Source: a virus
Lineage: Duplodnaviria > Caudoviricetes
Length of the DNA stretch: 40,783 nt
Reading direction: 5' to 3' (one strand)
IMG/VR virus record: IMGVR_UViG_3300044210_000015
Span: 1 to 40,783 of that record
The notes beneath the pieces are model-generated. The model was not told where the DNA came from and did not search any database. It saw only the letters and a program-made list of their open reading frames with translations. Position 1 is the first letter of the stretch, and every line of letters begins with the position of its first letter. Below, piece after piece: positions 26,203-34,900 of this stretch. The translations under genes and the position numbers were made by a program.

Positions 26203-26628
26203 ATGACCGAGCCTGCCGCGCCACAGCCCACGCCGGACGCTCCACCCTCGACCCAGCCCGTGCGGCCGACGTCGCCGCCACGCTCACGCCGGGCCACCAT
26301 CTTCATCGTGGTCGGTAGCGCCGTCGGCACCTGCGCGCTCTTCGCGGCCGCCGCCATCGCGATGTGGTGGGGACGCAACCACCCGTCCGACGCCGGCCTG
26401 GTCCGGCTGTGCCGCACCGCGGTCACCGCGCACCTACGGGCTCCGGGCTCGGCGCGGTGGCCCGGCGGAGAGTCCGTGGTCCAGGAAGACGAGGAGTGGA
26501 CGGTCACCGGCGCCGTCGACAGCCAGAACGGGTTCGGCGCTCTGCTGCGTACCGGTTGGGAGTGCCACGGCGAGCGCCTGAACGGCGAATGGCACGTGAT
26601 AGACGTCGACTTCGGCCAACAGCAATAG
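26203..26628 (+). CDS. Membrane-anchored exported protein
   Basis: TM segment, then C..AV...L.APGSA and VDSQNGFGA..R..W.C motifs. Confidence 0.7.
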   Translation: MTEPAAPQPTPDAPPSTQPVRPTSPPRSRRATIFIVVGSAVGTCALFAAAAIAMWWGRNHPSDAGLVRLCRTAVTAHLRAPGSARWPGGESVVQEDEEWTVTGAVDSQNGFGALLRTGWECHGERLNGEWHVIDVDFGQQQ

Positions 26629-26745
26629 CACCCGATCGGCTGACGTGTCGCCGCAATGAGCAAGTCGCGGCGAAGCGGACATGCATCGCCGGCGATTAAC
26701 AGAAGCGCTTAGCAATCGTTAAGGTCGGCACTGTCGACGCTCGGT

Positions 26746-26779
26746 AATCGCGCATTCCTAAGGTGAGGAATGCGAGATT
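26746..26779. other. 34-bp inverted repeat, candidate recombinase core site
   Basis: AATCGCGCATTCCT-AAGGTG-AGGAATGCGAGATT (13/14 arm match, 6-bp asymmetric spacer) in an AT-richer gap near the recombinase. Confidence 0.45.
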
Positions 26780-26859
26780 TCGCAGCACTCCACGTCGAAT
26801 TGAATTACGCGCTAAGGTGGCCATGCACGCGCCTACTTGGCGCCGGCAGAAAGGAACCG

Positions 26860-27273
26860 ATGCGCAACCAAAACGTAGCCCTATTTTCCGGATCCGCAGA
26901 TAGCGAATCAGCACTCCGCCAAGCCTCCATCATGCTCCACCTATGCGTTACGCGCGGGTGGACGCCCACCGTGGCGTGCCGCAGCGTCCAGGCCGTCGCC
27001 GATGCTCTCGCCGCCGGGGGCGTCCGCATCATCGTCGCGGTGGCCCCGACAGCCGCGCTCGTAGAGGCCGTCACCGCAGGCGGCGGCACCCTCGAGGTGG
27101 TGAGGCCGAGCCCGGCCGTCACGAGCACGCCCCCCGGCCTAGCGGCCGCGCTCGGCGAGCTGGTGCGCACGGGCAAGCTCGGGCCGGACGACGCGGCGTC
27201 GCTGCTGCACGCGGCCGGGCCGTGCCCGGCGGGCGAGGGCACGCTCCACCGGCGCCCTAAGCGCACCGCCTAA
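26860..27273 (+). CDS. Hypothetical protein
   Basis: GAAAGGA RBS; convergent with the integrase. Confidence 0.6.
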   Translation: MRNQNVALFSGSADSESALRQASIMLHLCVTRGWTPTVACRSVQAVADALAAGGVRIIVAVAPTAALVEAVTAGGGTLEVVRPSPAVTSTPPGLAAALGELVRTGKLGPDDAASLLHAAGPCPAGEGTLHRRPKRTA

Positions 27274-28085
27274 CGAAGCGCGAGAATCGCTCGCCGCAAA
27301 TCCTCAGACACGTCTGTATATATCTGCGTGCTCGACAGGGACTTGTGCCCCATTAACTCCTGGACCACGCGGATATTCGCACCCTCCCTAAGTAGATTCG
27401 TGGCATAGCTGTGCCTGATTCGGTGCAATCCTCCCTCCTTTACAAGGCCGAGCTGCCCGAGCCTGTATCGCGACGAGCGCGATAGCCAGTCAGCGTCATT
27501 CCTCCCGCCGGTCGCCTCCATGAGATTGCCCGGCGGGAGGTCAGCGATGGCATTCCAAACGCGTGGATGGGTAGGCAGCTCGCGCGGATCGCCACCCTTG
27601 CCGCGCCGGACGACGAGCACCTGGTCCGTGACGTCGCCCCCGCGCAGTGGTGCGATCTCGCAGCACCGTAGCCCAGCCCATCCGGCAAGCAGAACAGCGA
27701 GGTGCAGCCACCCCGTGGTTCCGTCGAGCGCCGCGTCGACGGTGAGCTCATCGAGCGGCTTCGGGCGCCCTCGTGGAACGTGCGCCGCTGGCATCCCCTC
27801 GATGGGGTTGAAGTCCAACTCCCCGGCCCGGACGGCCCACCGGTAGAACCCGTCCGCGCGAGCCCTGTACGAGGACCTCGTGGACACAGACCATCGGGGC
27901 GACCCGTTGGGCCAGCGGCGCGCGAAGAGCGTCACCAGCTCGGCCTGGGATGCGTGCGCGAGTCCGCATTCGAGCTCCGGCGCTCTGTCCATCGTCCGCA
28001 GTGTGCTCTCGATGCTGCGCAGCGACCGGCGCCCGAGGGCGTCGAGCCACGCGACGTGCAGGCCGATCAGGTCTCCGTCACCCAT
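27270..28085 (-). CDS. Tyrosine recombinase / integrase (XerC/D-like, no arm-binding domain)
   Basis: Catalytic set: GLR, GKG, HRIRH, MGH, TQIY; only 271 aa. Confidence 0.92.
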   Translation of the reverse strand: MGDGDLIGLHVAWLDALGRRSLRSIESTLRTMDRAPELECGLAHASQAELVTLFARRWPNGSPRWSVSTRSSYRARADGFYRWAVRAGELDFNPIEGMPAAHVPRGRPKPLDELTVDAALDGTTGWLHLAVLLAGWAGLRCCEIAPLRGGDVTDQVLVVRRGKGGDPRELPTHPRVWNAIADLPPGNLMEATGGRNDADWLSRSSRYRLGQLGLVKEGGLHRIRHSYATNLLREGANIRVVQELMGHKSLSSTQIYTDVSEDLRRAILALR

Positions 28086-28091
28086 AGCCGA

Positions 28092-28505
28092 TCATGCCGC
28101 CACGCTCTGCGTCGGTGGCATCGGCGAGACGTATCGCTGTGGGCGCCGCGGGCGCCGGTGCTGGTCGGCCCTTCCGGACGATCCATCGCCCGGAAGGATT
28201 CGTACGTTCGGGTCGACCGGATCGATACAAACAGCTTGTTCGCGATACCGGCCCGTAACGCGAATGGACGGTTGTGCATCAACTGGCAGCAGATCCGCCG
28301 GTTTCACGGCCAGTACCGCCGCAATACGCTCGAGGTCGTCGATCGTGATCGGAGTGATTCCGCGCAGCCGGTTGCTGACCCACTTGTCGGCGACGCCGAG
28401 GCCGCGAGCAAGGTCTGACGGGCGGCGACCCTGACGAGCAAGCTCAACGCGGATCTCTGTTGCGACGCTCGACTGCAGGTTGCCGCTGCTCGACGTGATG
28501 CTCAT
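28092..28505 (-). CDS. Immunity repressor (XRE HTH)
   Basis: IRVELARQG....DLA..LG....WVS.RL.G...I.IDDL..IA..L; divergent from Cro-like gene and co-oriented with int. Alternative GTG start at 28523. Confidence 0.8.
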   Translation of the reverse strand: MSITSSSGNLQSSVATEIRVELARQGRRPSDLARGLGVADKWVSNRLRGITPITIDDLERIAAVLAVKPADLLPVDAQPSIRVTGRYREQAVCIDPVDPNVRILPGDGSSGRADQHRRPRRPQRYVSPMPPTQSVAA

Positions 28506-28557
28506 AGAGCAAGAATCTGCCACATCGGGGCACGTGGCAACCCTCTGGCGTCTCGAT

Positions 28558-28676
28558 CTTCCCCACAGAGGAAGGATCTTCCTCGGGAGGGTGCATGCCT
28601 TCCCTGTTTGGGTTGACGTCTTCCTGAATAGGGAAGACTATGGACTCATGAGACACGCTCTTCCCTCTCGGGACAA
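28558..28676. promoter_or_regulatory. Genetic switch: CTTCC-N7-GGAAG operators and rightward promoter
   Basis: Perfect sites at 28558 and 28620; degenerate sites at 28578, 28599 and 28660. TTGACG(28613)-N17-GACTAT-N6-ATG(28648). Confidence 0.72.
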
Positions 28677-28899
28677 TCTCGCTCAGCTCACCGCGGCTGC
28701 GGTACGCGTGGAGATGGCCCGGCAGGACATCTCTCCCGCGGCGATGGCCGCGGCGCTCGGGGTCGAGCTGCGCGTCCTGAACCGGCGCTTGAAGTGTCGG
28801 TCCGCGTGGACTCTCGACTGGCTCGAGGCGGTCTCGGCCGTCCTCCAGGTCGAGCCCCGACAGCTCATCTCGGGCGAGACCTGCATCGCCGCCGCCTGA
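28648..28899 (+). CDS. Cro-like HTH regulator
   Basis: VRVEMARQ..S...A.ALG......RRL pattern, similar to the repressor; first early gene. Confidence 0.78.
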   Translation: MRHALPSRDNLAQLTAAAVRVEMARQDISPAAMAAALGVELRVLNRRLKCRSAWTLDWLEAVSAVLQVEPRQLISGETCIAAA

Positions 28900-28906
28900 A
28901 CGTGCC

Positions 28907-28943
28907 GGCCGGGCGGCGCCGCTGCGATCGCCGCCGCCCGGCC
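28907..28943 (+). terminator. GC-rich hairpin after cro (possible attenuator)
   Basis: GGCCGGGCGGCG / CGCCGCCCGGCC 12-bp stem; no U-tract. Confidence 0.45.
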
Positions 28944-29020
28944 CTGGCCCCACACAGAAACCGGCGCCCCACGGCCTGCCAGCTAGGGGGGCGCCAGATC
29001 ACTCAACAGGAGGTTACCTG

Positions 29021-29638
29021 ATGAACGGCAAGCCTACAGCGATCGACGTCTATCGACGAGACGAGCTGCTCGACGCCACAATCAGCGGCGCGCGGGTCGT
29101 CTCCGTCGACCCCACGACAATCCGCGTGGCGCTGCAGGTCGGCGAGACCACGCGGTACGTGGATCTGCCGCGCGGCACCATGCAGATCGCCATCTCGCGG
29201 GTCGCACCCGCAGAGTGGCCGCCCATGCCGGGCGACCTGTGGCGCGACAGGGTCGGCAGCCTGTGGTTCTGCCGCCTCAACGGTGGCATCGAGATGACCC
29301 CCGCAGACGTTGCGCTGACGGCGTGGATCCGGCCGGACGACCTGCTGCGCAGGTCTCCGCTGACGCTCGTGTACCGCGAGCCGGAGCCGGTGTGGTGCGT
29401 GTCCTGCGAGCAGGACGGCCACACCGAGGACGACTGCCCGCGCAACGTGCGCCAGATCCTCACCGGGCCCGGCGCGGACCACTACGCCGCATGCCAGGCC
29501 GAGCGCTTCGCCGGCCCGCACACCTACACCGGGACGCGTGAGGTCGGCCCGAACTGGGAGGTCTGCGGTCGCCCGATCGGCGACCCGATCCACCAGCTCG
29601 CCAGCGACGAGGACGTCGAGGGTGGTGAGCAGGCATGA
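29021..29638 (+). CDS. Hypothetical protein with zinc-knuckle-like motif
   Basis: WPPMPGDLWRD..G.LWF motif and CVSC...GH...DC; AGGAGG RBS. Confidence 0.68.
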   Translation: MNGKPTAIDVYRRDELLDATISGARVVSVDPTTIRVALQVGETTRYVDLPRGTMQIAISRVAPAEWPPMPGDLWRDRVGSLWFCRLNGGIEMTPADVALTAWIRPDDLLRRSPLTLVYREPEPVWCVSCEQDGHTEDDCPRNVRQILTGPGADHYAACQAERFAGPHTYTGTREVGPNWEVCGRPIGDPIHQLASDEDVEGGEQA

Positions 29639-30483
29639 GCCGCATCGCCACCGCCCGCCTCGCTGAGGCCGGCAAGACAGTGCACGTACGGCACCTCACA
29701 ACCAGCGACGACAGGGACCTCGGGCTCATCAGCACCGCCGCCCACGACACGGCCCACGCCTGCACGCTGGCCCGCGAGGCGCTGCAGCTGGCCGGCCTCA
29801 AGGTCGGCCCGGTACTCCTGCGCGGCGATGAGATCGTCGCGTACGGCCCCGAGACAACCTCCGGTGAGGGCACGCCGGAGGACGCCGCCGACGGATCCTC
29901 CACCGTCGACGGCACGGGTGCGGGCGGGACTGAGGCGGCCCGCCCGCACCCCGCGATGCTGACCCGCGCCGGGGTGTTGCGCAGGATCGCCGATCTGGTA
30001 GCCGACGGGATGCCGGTTCCGAGCGGCATCGATTTGCACTGCTTCTGCAGCAAGTTTGAACTCGACTTCCACAACGAAGATGCGACAGCGGAAGCGGTCG
30101 AGCGATGGGCGTCTGCCCTTGATCTCGCGCCGCCGATGTGGGGTGCCGTCAACGTTCGCAACGTTGGGCAAGGCGAGTACAGGATCTACAGGACTTCCGG
30201 CAGGGCGTTCGGGCTCAGCGTAGAGGTCACCGCGTACGTCGACATCGACAAGGACTCGACCGGCCTCGAGGGCACCGGCTGGCTTGAGCAGGTGTGGGTT
30301 GCGGCCGAGCGCAAGAGCGTTTGGGCGCACCGACCGGACGGCGACGAGCGCACGCCGTGCGGCCGGTCGACCCGCACCGGCACGATCACCACCGCGAGGA
30401 AGGCACAGGACCGCTGGACGCCGTCGTGGTGCCGCAAGTGCTGGCCGGACGGGTCGCCGATCACCGTGGACGGTGCGGCATGA
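29635..30483 (+). CDS. Hypothetical protein
   Basis: ATGA coupling; C-terminal H..CG..CRKC putative metal site. Confidence 0.62.
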   Translation: MSRIATARLAEAGKTVHVRHLTTSDDRDLGLISTAAHDTAHACTLAREALQLAGLKVGPVLLRGDEIVAYGPETTSGEGTPEDAADGSSTVDGTGAGGTEAARPHPAMLTRAGVLRRIADLVADGMPVPSGIDLHCFCSKFELDFHNEDATAEAVERWASALDLAPPMWGAVNVRNVGQGEYRIYRTSGRAFGLSVEVTAYVDIDKDSTGLEGTGWLEQVWVAAERKSVWAHRPDGDERTPCGRSTRTGTITTARKAQDRWTPSWCRKCWPDGSPITVDGAA

Positions 30484-30860
30484 CCATCACGCTTCCGTTC
30501 TCCCCCGCGCCCGCCGCGACCACCGACCGCCAGCTGCTCGCCGCCGCCTCCCGCGCACTGCGGGAGGCCGGATGGGTCACCGACTTCCGCACCCCCGCCG
30601 ACTGGCGCCGCTGCCGCTCCAGCCGTGACGGCCGGCTCCTGGTCGCCTGGATCCCCGCCGCCACCAAAGGCGTGTGGGAGCTGGAGATCTGGCATCCGCT
30701 CGGCGGCACGCTGGAGCTGACCGACGTGCCCGTGACGGGCGCGCAGCAGGCGATCGACGTCGTCGCGGCGCTGCTCGGCGTCGGCGTACACCTCACCAGC
30801 GGCTACCGGTTCGCCACGGCGGCCTACTGCCCGGAGCACCGCCCGGCAGGTGCACGGTGA
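30480..30860 (+). CDS. Hypothetical protein
   Basis: ATGA and GTGA coupled on both sides. Confidence 0.6.
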   Translation: MTITLPFSPAPAATTDRQLLAAASRALREAGWVTDFRTPADWRRCRSSRDGRLLVAWIPAATKGVWELEIWHPLGGTLELTDVPVTGAQQAIDVVAALLGVGVHLTSGYRFATAAYCPEHRPAGAR

Positions 30861-31549
30861 CCGCCACCGACTACGTTCACACGCTCCAGACGGAGCTCGA
30901 CCTGCAGCGCCTTCAGAACCGCGCCGGCCGCGAGCGCGTAGCCGAACTGGAGGCGCGCATCCGGCTGCTCGAGAGGCAGGCGCAGGTCCGGGAGGAGCTG
31001 CTTGAGGACCTTGAGGACCTCGTCGCCACGGACGCGCTCACCGGCGTCCACTCGCGCCGGTGGGCGGTCGACGCCCTGGAGGGCGCCGGCGACGTGATCC
31101 TCGTCGACCTCGACCGGTTCAAGGCCATCAACGACACGTACGGGCACGGGGTCGGGGACGCTGTGCTCGTCGAGGTGGCCTGCCGTCTGGACGGCATCGC
31201 CCCGGACTTGGTCGCCAGGATCGGCGGAGACGAGTTCGTGATCATCGTCCCCGCCGGCGCTCCGCTGCACGCGGACGCCATCGCGACGGCCGTGGCGATC
31301 GCCATCGGGGACACGCCGGTCCAGCTCGGACACGGCGTCGAGGTCGACGTGTGCGCCAGCGTCGGCGTCGCTCAGGTCCTCGACGGTGACGTGCAAGAGG
31401 AGGTCCTACACCGGGCCGACGTGGCGATGTACCACCACAAGCACGGCGGCTGCGGCTGGCCCGTGCGCTGGCTGCCCGACATGGAGGCGCCCACCGCGCC
31501 CGCACCCGTCCGGCGCAGCCACCGCGACATGCCGGAGGTGGCCGCATGA
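30857..31549 (+). CDS. Diguanylate cyclase (coiled coil + GGDEF)
   Basis: TDALTG, DLDRFKAINDTYGHGVGD, RIGGDEF, ASVGVA and RAD.AMY..K motifs all intact. Confidence 0.93.
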   Translation: MTATDYVHTLQTELDLQRLQNRAGRERVAELEARIRLLERQAQVREELLEDLEDLVATDALTGVHSRRWAVDALEGAGDVILVDLDRFKAINDTYGHGVGDAVLVEVACRLDGIAPDLVARIGGDEFVIIVPAGAPLHADAIATAVAIAIGDTPVQLGHGVEVDVCASVGVAQVLDGDVQEEVLHRADVAMYHHKHGGCGWPVRWLPDMEAPTAPAPVRRSHRDMPEVAA

Positions 31550-31905
31550 TCGCCATCCCCGCCATCGTCTGCCTGCTCGCCCTGCTGGCCGTGCTCGCCG
31601 TAGCGCACGTCCGGCAGGGCTGGCGCCTCGAGGCCATGCTCTGCAGGCTCGCCGCAGCCGAGGTGCGCGCCGACCGGTGGCGCGACGAGGCCGCCCGCTG
31701 GCGGACGGAGGCGACCCAGTGGCACGACGCCCACGATCGCCTCGCCGCACAGCAGGCGGCGGACGTCGACGCTGCCATCGCCCAGGCCGAGGCCGTCACC
31801 CGCGAGGCGCGGCGCGTGCTACCAGCGCCCGCCGACCTCGACCAGGTCGAGCAGGACGCGTGGGCCGAGATCATCAACCACTACAGGAGTGACCATGGAG
31901 CTTGA
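31546..31905 (+). CDS. Membrane-anchored coiled-coil protein
   Basis: Hydrophobic N-terminus; ATGA coupling to the DGC stop. Confidence 0.62.
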   Translation: MIAIPAIVCLLALLAVLAVAHVRQGWRLEAMLCRLAAAEVRADRWRDEAARWRTEATQWHDAHDRLAAQQAADVDAAIAQAEAVTREARRVLPAPADLDQVEQDAWAEIINHYRSDHGA

Positions 31906-32152
31906 GCTGCTCGGTGCCGGAGTGGCCCCGGTACTCGTCGGGATCCTCGGACTCCTGGCGGCCGGCATCGCCGTCCTGGCCGTGGCGGCGGCCATCGCCG
32001 GCGGCCGGTACGTCCGGGAGGTGCGCGGCTCACTGGCCGCAACGGAGCGCGCCCGAGCGACCGCTCGGGCGCGGCTTGTCGCGGCGTCGGATGAGCTGGA
32101 CGCCGAGCTGGACCGGCTGCAGAAGGAGCGCGCCGGGGCGGTGGACCGGTGA
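31895..32152 (+). CDS. Small membrane-anchored protein
   Basis: Long hydrophobic segment followed by coiled coil; AGGAG RBS. Confidence 0.6.
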   Translation: MELELLGAGVAPVLVGILGLLAAGIAVLAVAAAIAGGRYVREVRGSLAATERARATARARLVAASDELDAELDRLQKERAGAVDR

Positions 32153-32349
32153 GCCGCTACCGCGGGGTCCACCGCCCCGGCCGCCGCCGCGACGACGGAG
32201 CCCACACCGCCACGGTCGACACGCCCCGCCCAATCCGGGCCCGCGTCGAGCAGACCGCACCCATGGACAAGACGGCGCTCGCGCAGCTGCTCGCCCGGCC
32301 ACGCCGGCGGCACGCAGAGCCAGACCTCATCACGGGAGACGCAGCATGA
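32149..32349 (+). CDS. Small basic hypothetical protein
   Basis: GTGA and ATGA coupled on both sides. Confidence 0.55.
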   Translation: MSRYRGVHRPGRRRDDGAHTATVDTPRPIRARVEQTAPMDKTALAQLLARPRRRHAEPDLITGDAA

Positions 32350-33356
32350 GCCCCCGCCTGGTCCTGCCCGCCGGCGCCAGCGAGGACGTGTGGCTGGCCG
32401 AGCGACGCAAGGGCATCGGCGCATCCGAGATCGCCGCCGTGCTCGGCATCAGCCCGTGGGACTCGCCATTCTCGCTGCACTGGCGCAAGCGGGAGGGCTG
32501 GGAGGCCGAGGTCAACGACGAGATGCGTGTCGGCACGCTCGTCGAGCCCGTCGTCGCCGAGTGGTGGGCCGCCGAATGCGACCCGCTCGAGAACCTGACC
32601 GTCACCCCGGCCGGTCTGTACGCCAGCGCCGACCGACCCTGGCAGCTCGCCACGCCAGACCGGCTCGTGTACCCAGTCTGCCCGGACTGCGATGGGGTCG
32701 GCCTGGCCGGCGACCTCGACCACGGCCTCGGCCCCTGCACCTGCAGCCCGGTCGGGTGCGGTCCGCTCGCCGCCGTGCTGGAGTGCAAGTGGACGGCGAC
32801 GTGGGACGGCTGGGGCGAGCCCGGCACCGACGAGATCCCGGTCTACTACCGGACTCAGGTCCTACAGCAGTGCGACGTCATGGACGTCCACGACTGGTAC
32901 CTGGCCGTCCTCGGGCCCGGCGGGTTCCGGGCGTACCGCGGCAGGCGCGACGAGCGGGACCTGGTCCTCATGCGCGCGGCCGGCGAGCGGTTCATGGACC
33001 GGCTGGTCGCCGGCGACGCCCCGGACGTCGACGGGCACGCCGCGACGATCCGCGTCCTCAAGCAGCTCCACCCGTCGATCGAGGACGTCGACGTGGACGT
33101 CCCGGTCGAACTCGCCGAGGGCTACCGCCGGGCCCGCGCGCTGCGATCCAGGGCGGACAAGCTCGTCGACCGCTACGAGGCCCGCATCCGGTCCGCCCTC
33201 GGCGGCGGGCGCCGCGCGGTGTGCGCCGGCCGGCTCGTTGCCTCCCGATCCATCTACGAGCAGACCGGCGACGGCGCCGAGCTGCTCGCGCTCGACGGCG
33301 AATGGCCGACCGTCGACCGCCTCAACCCCGGAAGGGCCAAGACCTATGCCTGCTGA
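32346..33356 (+). CDS. YqaJ/lambda-exonuclease-like recombination nuclease
   Basis: WL..RR.GIGASEIAAVLG.SPW, ATPDR, LECK and YY..QV motifs. Confidence 0.9.
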   Translation: MSPRLVLPAGASEDVWLAERRKGIGASEIAAVLGISPWDSPFSLHWRKREGWEAEVNDEMRVGTLVEPVVAEWWAAECDPLENLTVTPAGLYASADRPWQLATPDRLVYPVCPDCDGVGLAGDLDHGLGPCTCSPVGCGPLAAVLECKWTATWDGWGEPGTDEIPVYYRTQVLQQCDVMDVHDWYLAVLGPGGFRAYRGRRDERDLVLMRAAGERFMDRLVAGDAPDVDGHAATIRVLKQLHPSIEDVDVDVPVELAEGYRRARALRSRADKLVDRYEARIRSALGGGRRAVCAGRLVASRSIYEQTGDGAELLALDGEWPTVDRLNPGRAKTYAC

Positions 33357-34224
33357 AACCGTCTCCACCGCCGTCGCCCGCCGCGACACCGGGCCGGCCG
33401 GCCTGATCGAGCGGTACACCAAGGACTTCGCAACCGTCCTGCCCAGCCACATCAAGCCGGCCACCTGGGTACGGCTCGCCCAGGGCGCACTACGCAGGAC
33501 CCCGAAGCTGGAAGAGGCCGCCCGCGCCAACCCCGGCAGCCTGCTCGCTGCGCTGCTCGACGCAGCCCGCCAGGGCCTCGAGCCAGGCACCGAGCAGTAC
33601 TACCTCGTGCCCTACAAGGACCGCGGCCGGCCGATCGTGCAGGGCATCCCTGGCTACCAGGGCGAGATCGAGCTGATGTACCGGGCCGGCGCCGTGTCCT
33701 CCGTGACGGTCGAGGTCGTCCGGGCTCAGGACGTGTTCGTGTGGCGGCCGGGCTCGCTCGACAACCAGCGGCCCGCCCGCTGGGATGGCCCGCAGCGTCA
33801 GCCGTTCCACGACGTCGACTGGTTCGGCGGCGAGCGCGGGTCCCTGATCGGCGTATACGCGTACGCGCTGATGACCGACGGTGCGATCTCGAAGGTCGTC
33901 GTGCTGTCCAAGGAACAGGTGTACGAGGCCCGCGCGAAATCGGCCTCGTACAAGCTGCGTCCAGACACCTCGCCGTGGACTACCGACGAAGAAGCGATGT
34001 GGCTGAAGACCGCCGCGCACCGGCTGCGCAAGTGGGTGCCCACCTCGGCCGAGTACCGGCGGGAACTGGCCCGTGCTTCGGCCGAGGCGCTGCGGGTCGT
34101 CGAGGCACCGACCGCGCCGGCCGGCGCCGACGAGAACATCAGCGACTACCTCGAGGGCGAAGTCGCCGACGAGCCGCAGACAGACGAATGGCCCGAGACG
34201 GCGCAGCCCGGCGGAGGTGCGTGA
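33346..34224 (+). CDS. recT: RecT-like single-strand annealing protein
   Basis: GLEPG..YYLVPY, GYQG..EL, PW......M..KT motifs; paired with YqaJ. Confidence 0.9.
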   Translation: MPAETVSTAVARRDTGPAGLIERYTKDFATVLPSHIKPATWVRLAQGALRRTPKLEEAARANPGSLLAALLDAARQGLEPGTEQYYLVPYKDRGRPIVQGIPGYQGEIELMYRAGAVSSVTVEVVRAQDVFVWRPGSLDNQRPARWDGPQRQPFHDVDWFGGERGSLIGVYAYALMTDGAISKVVVLSKEQVYEARAKSASYKLRPDTSPWTTDEEAMWLKTAAHRLRKWVPTSAEYRRELARASAEALRVVEAPTAPAGADENISDYLEGEVADEPQTDEWPETAQPGGGA

Positions 34225-34403
34225 TGCAGCTTCGTCTCATCGGAACCCGCGACGAGGTCGCCGCAGTCCTGGACCTGCTCCGCGCGGCCGGGTGGGTCGT
34301 CGCTGAGGGCCGCGAGTACCCGTGCCGCAACAACCCCGCCCACGTCCGGATCTACCCAACCGCCATCCCGCCAGCCGGAGGAGTCCAGCCGTGTACGTCG
34401 TGA
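34224..34403 (+). CDS. Small hypothetical protein
   Basis: MQLRLIGT..EV..YPCR..VRIY; TGATG coupling. Confidence 0.6.
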   Translation: MQLRLIGTRDEVAAVLDLLRAAGWVVAEGREYPCRNNPAHVRIYPTAIPPAGGVQPCTS

Positions 34404-34900
34404 TCGACCCCGACGGCAGCGTCCGCCACGAGCAGCAGACGCCAACCCTCGACCGCATCGACGCCATCGTCCAGCACGGCGGGTGGGCACGCGTCCGGCT
34501 CGCCGAGGACTGGGCGATGGCCGGGTGGGTGTCGGACTGTGGTCTCATCGACGGCGCAGCCCGCAACCCGGTCGGGGCGTGTGTCCTCGCCACGCTCGGC
34601 GCCGTCCAGCAGCCCTACGCGGGCCCCGTGGTCGTCACCGGCTACGACTACGGCAGCGAGTGGGGCGGACCCGAGCCGCTCGGCGGCGTCCACGTCAGCG
34701 CCCTGACCGACATCTGCGACGGGGTGCACGCGGCGCTCGCCGGCCGCGAGGTCACCGGGCCGATGGCCACCAACCCGCTGTGGGCGCCGCAGATCCGCGA
34801 GTACGCCGAGATCGTCCGCACGGGCGAGGCGCCGCGGATGCGGATCCTCTCGGACGAGGAGGCCGCGGCGTACTGGCGGCGGCAGGGGTGGCCGCTATGA
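34391..34900 (+). CDS. Hypothetical protein
   Basis: GGAGGAG RBS; N..G..YAGPVVVTG motif (DUF3846-like, tentative). Confidence 0.62.
   Translation: MYVVIDPDGSVRHEQQTPTLDRIDAIVQHGGWARVRLAEDWAMAGWVSDCGLIDGAARNPVGACVLATLGAVQQPYAGPVVVTGYDYGSEWGGPEPLGGVHVSALTDICDGVHAALAGREVTGPMATNPLWAPQIREYAEIVRTGEAPRMRILSDEEAAAYWRRQGWPL

Noticed and set aside
29635-32349. Several early proteins ending in AA as ClpXP degrons
   Set aside because: Largely explained by GCATGA stop/start overlaps encoding Ala before the stop; not independent evidence.
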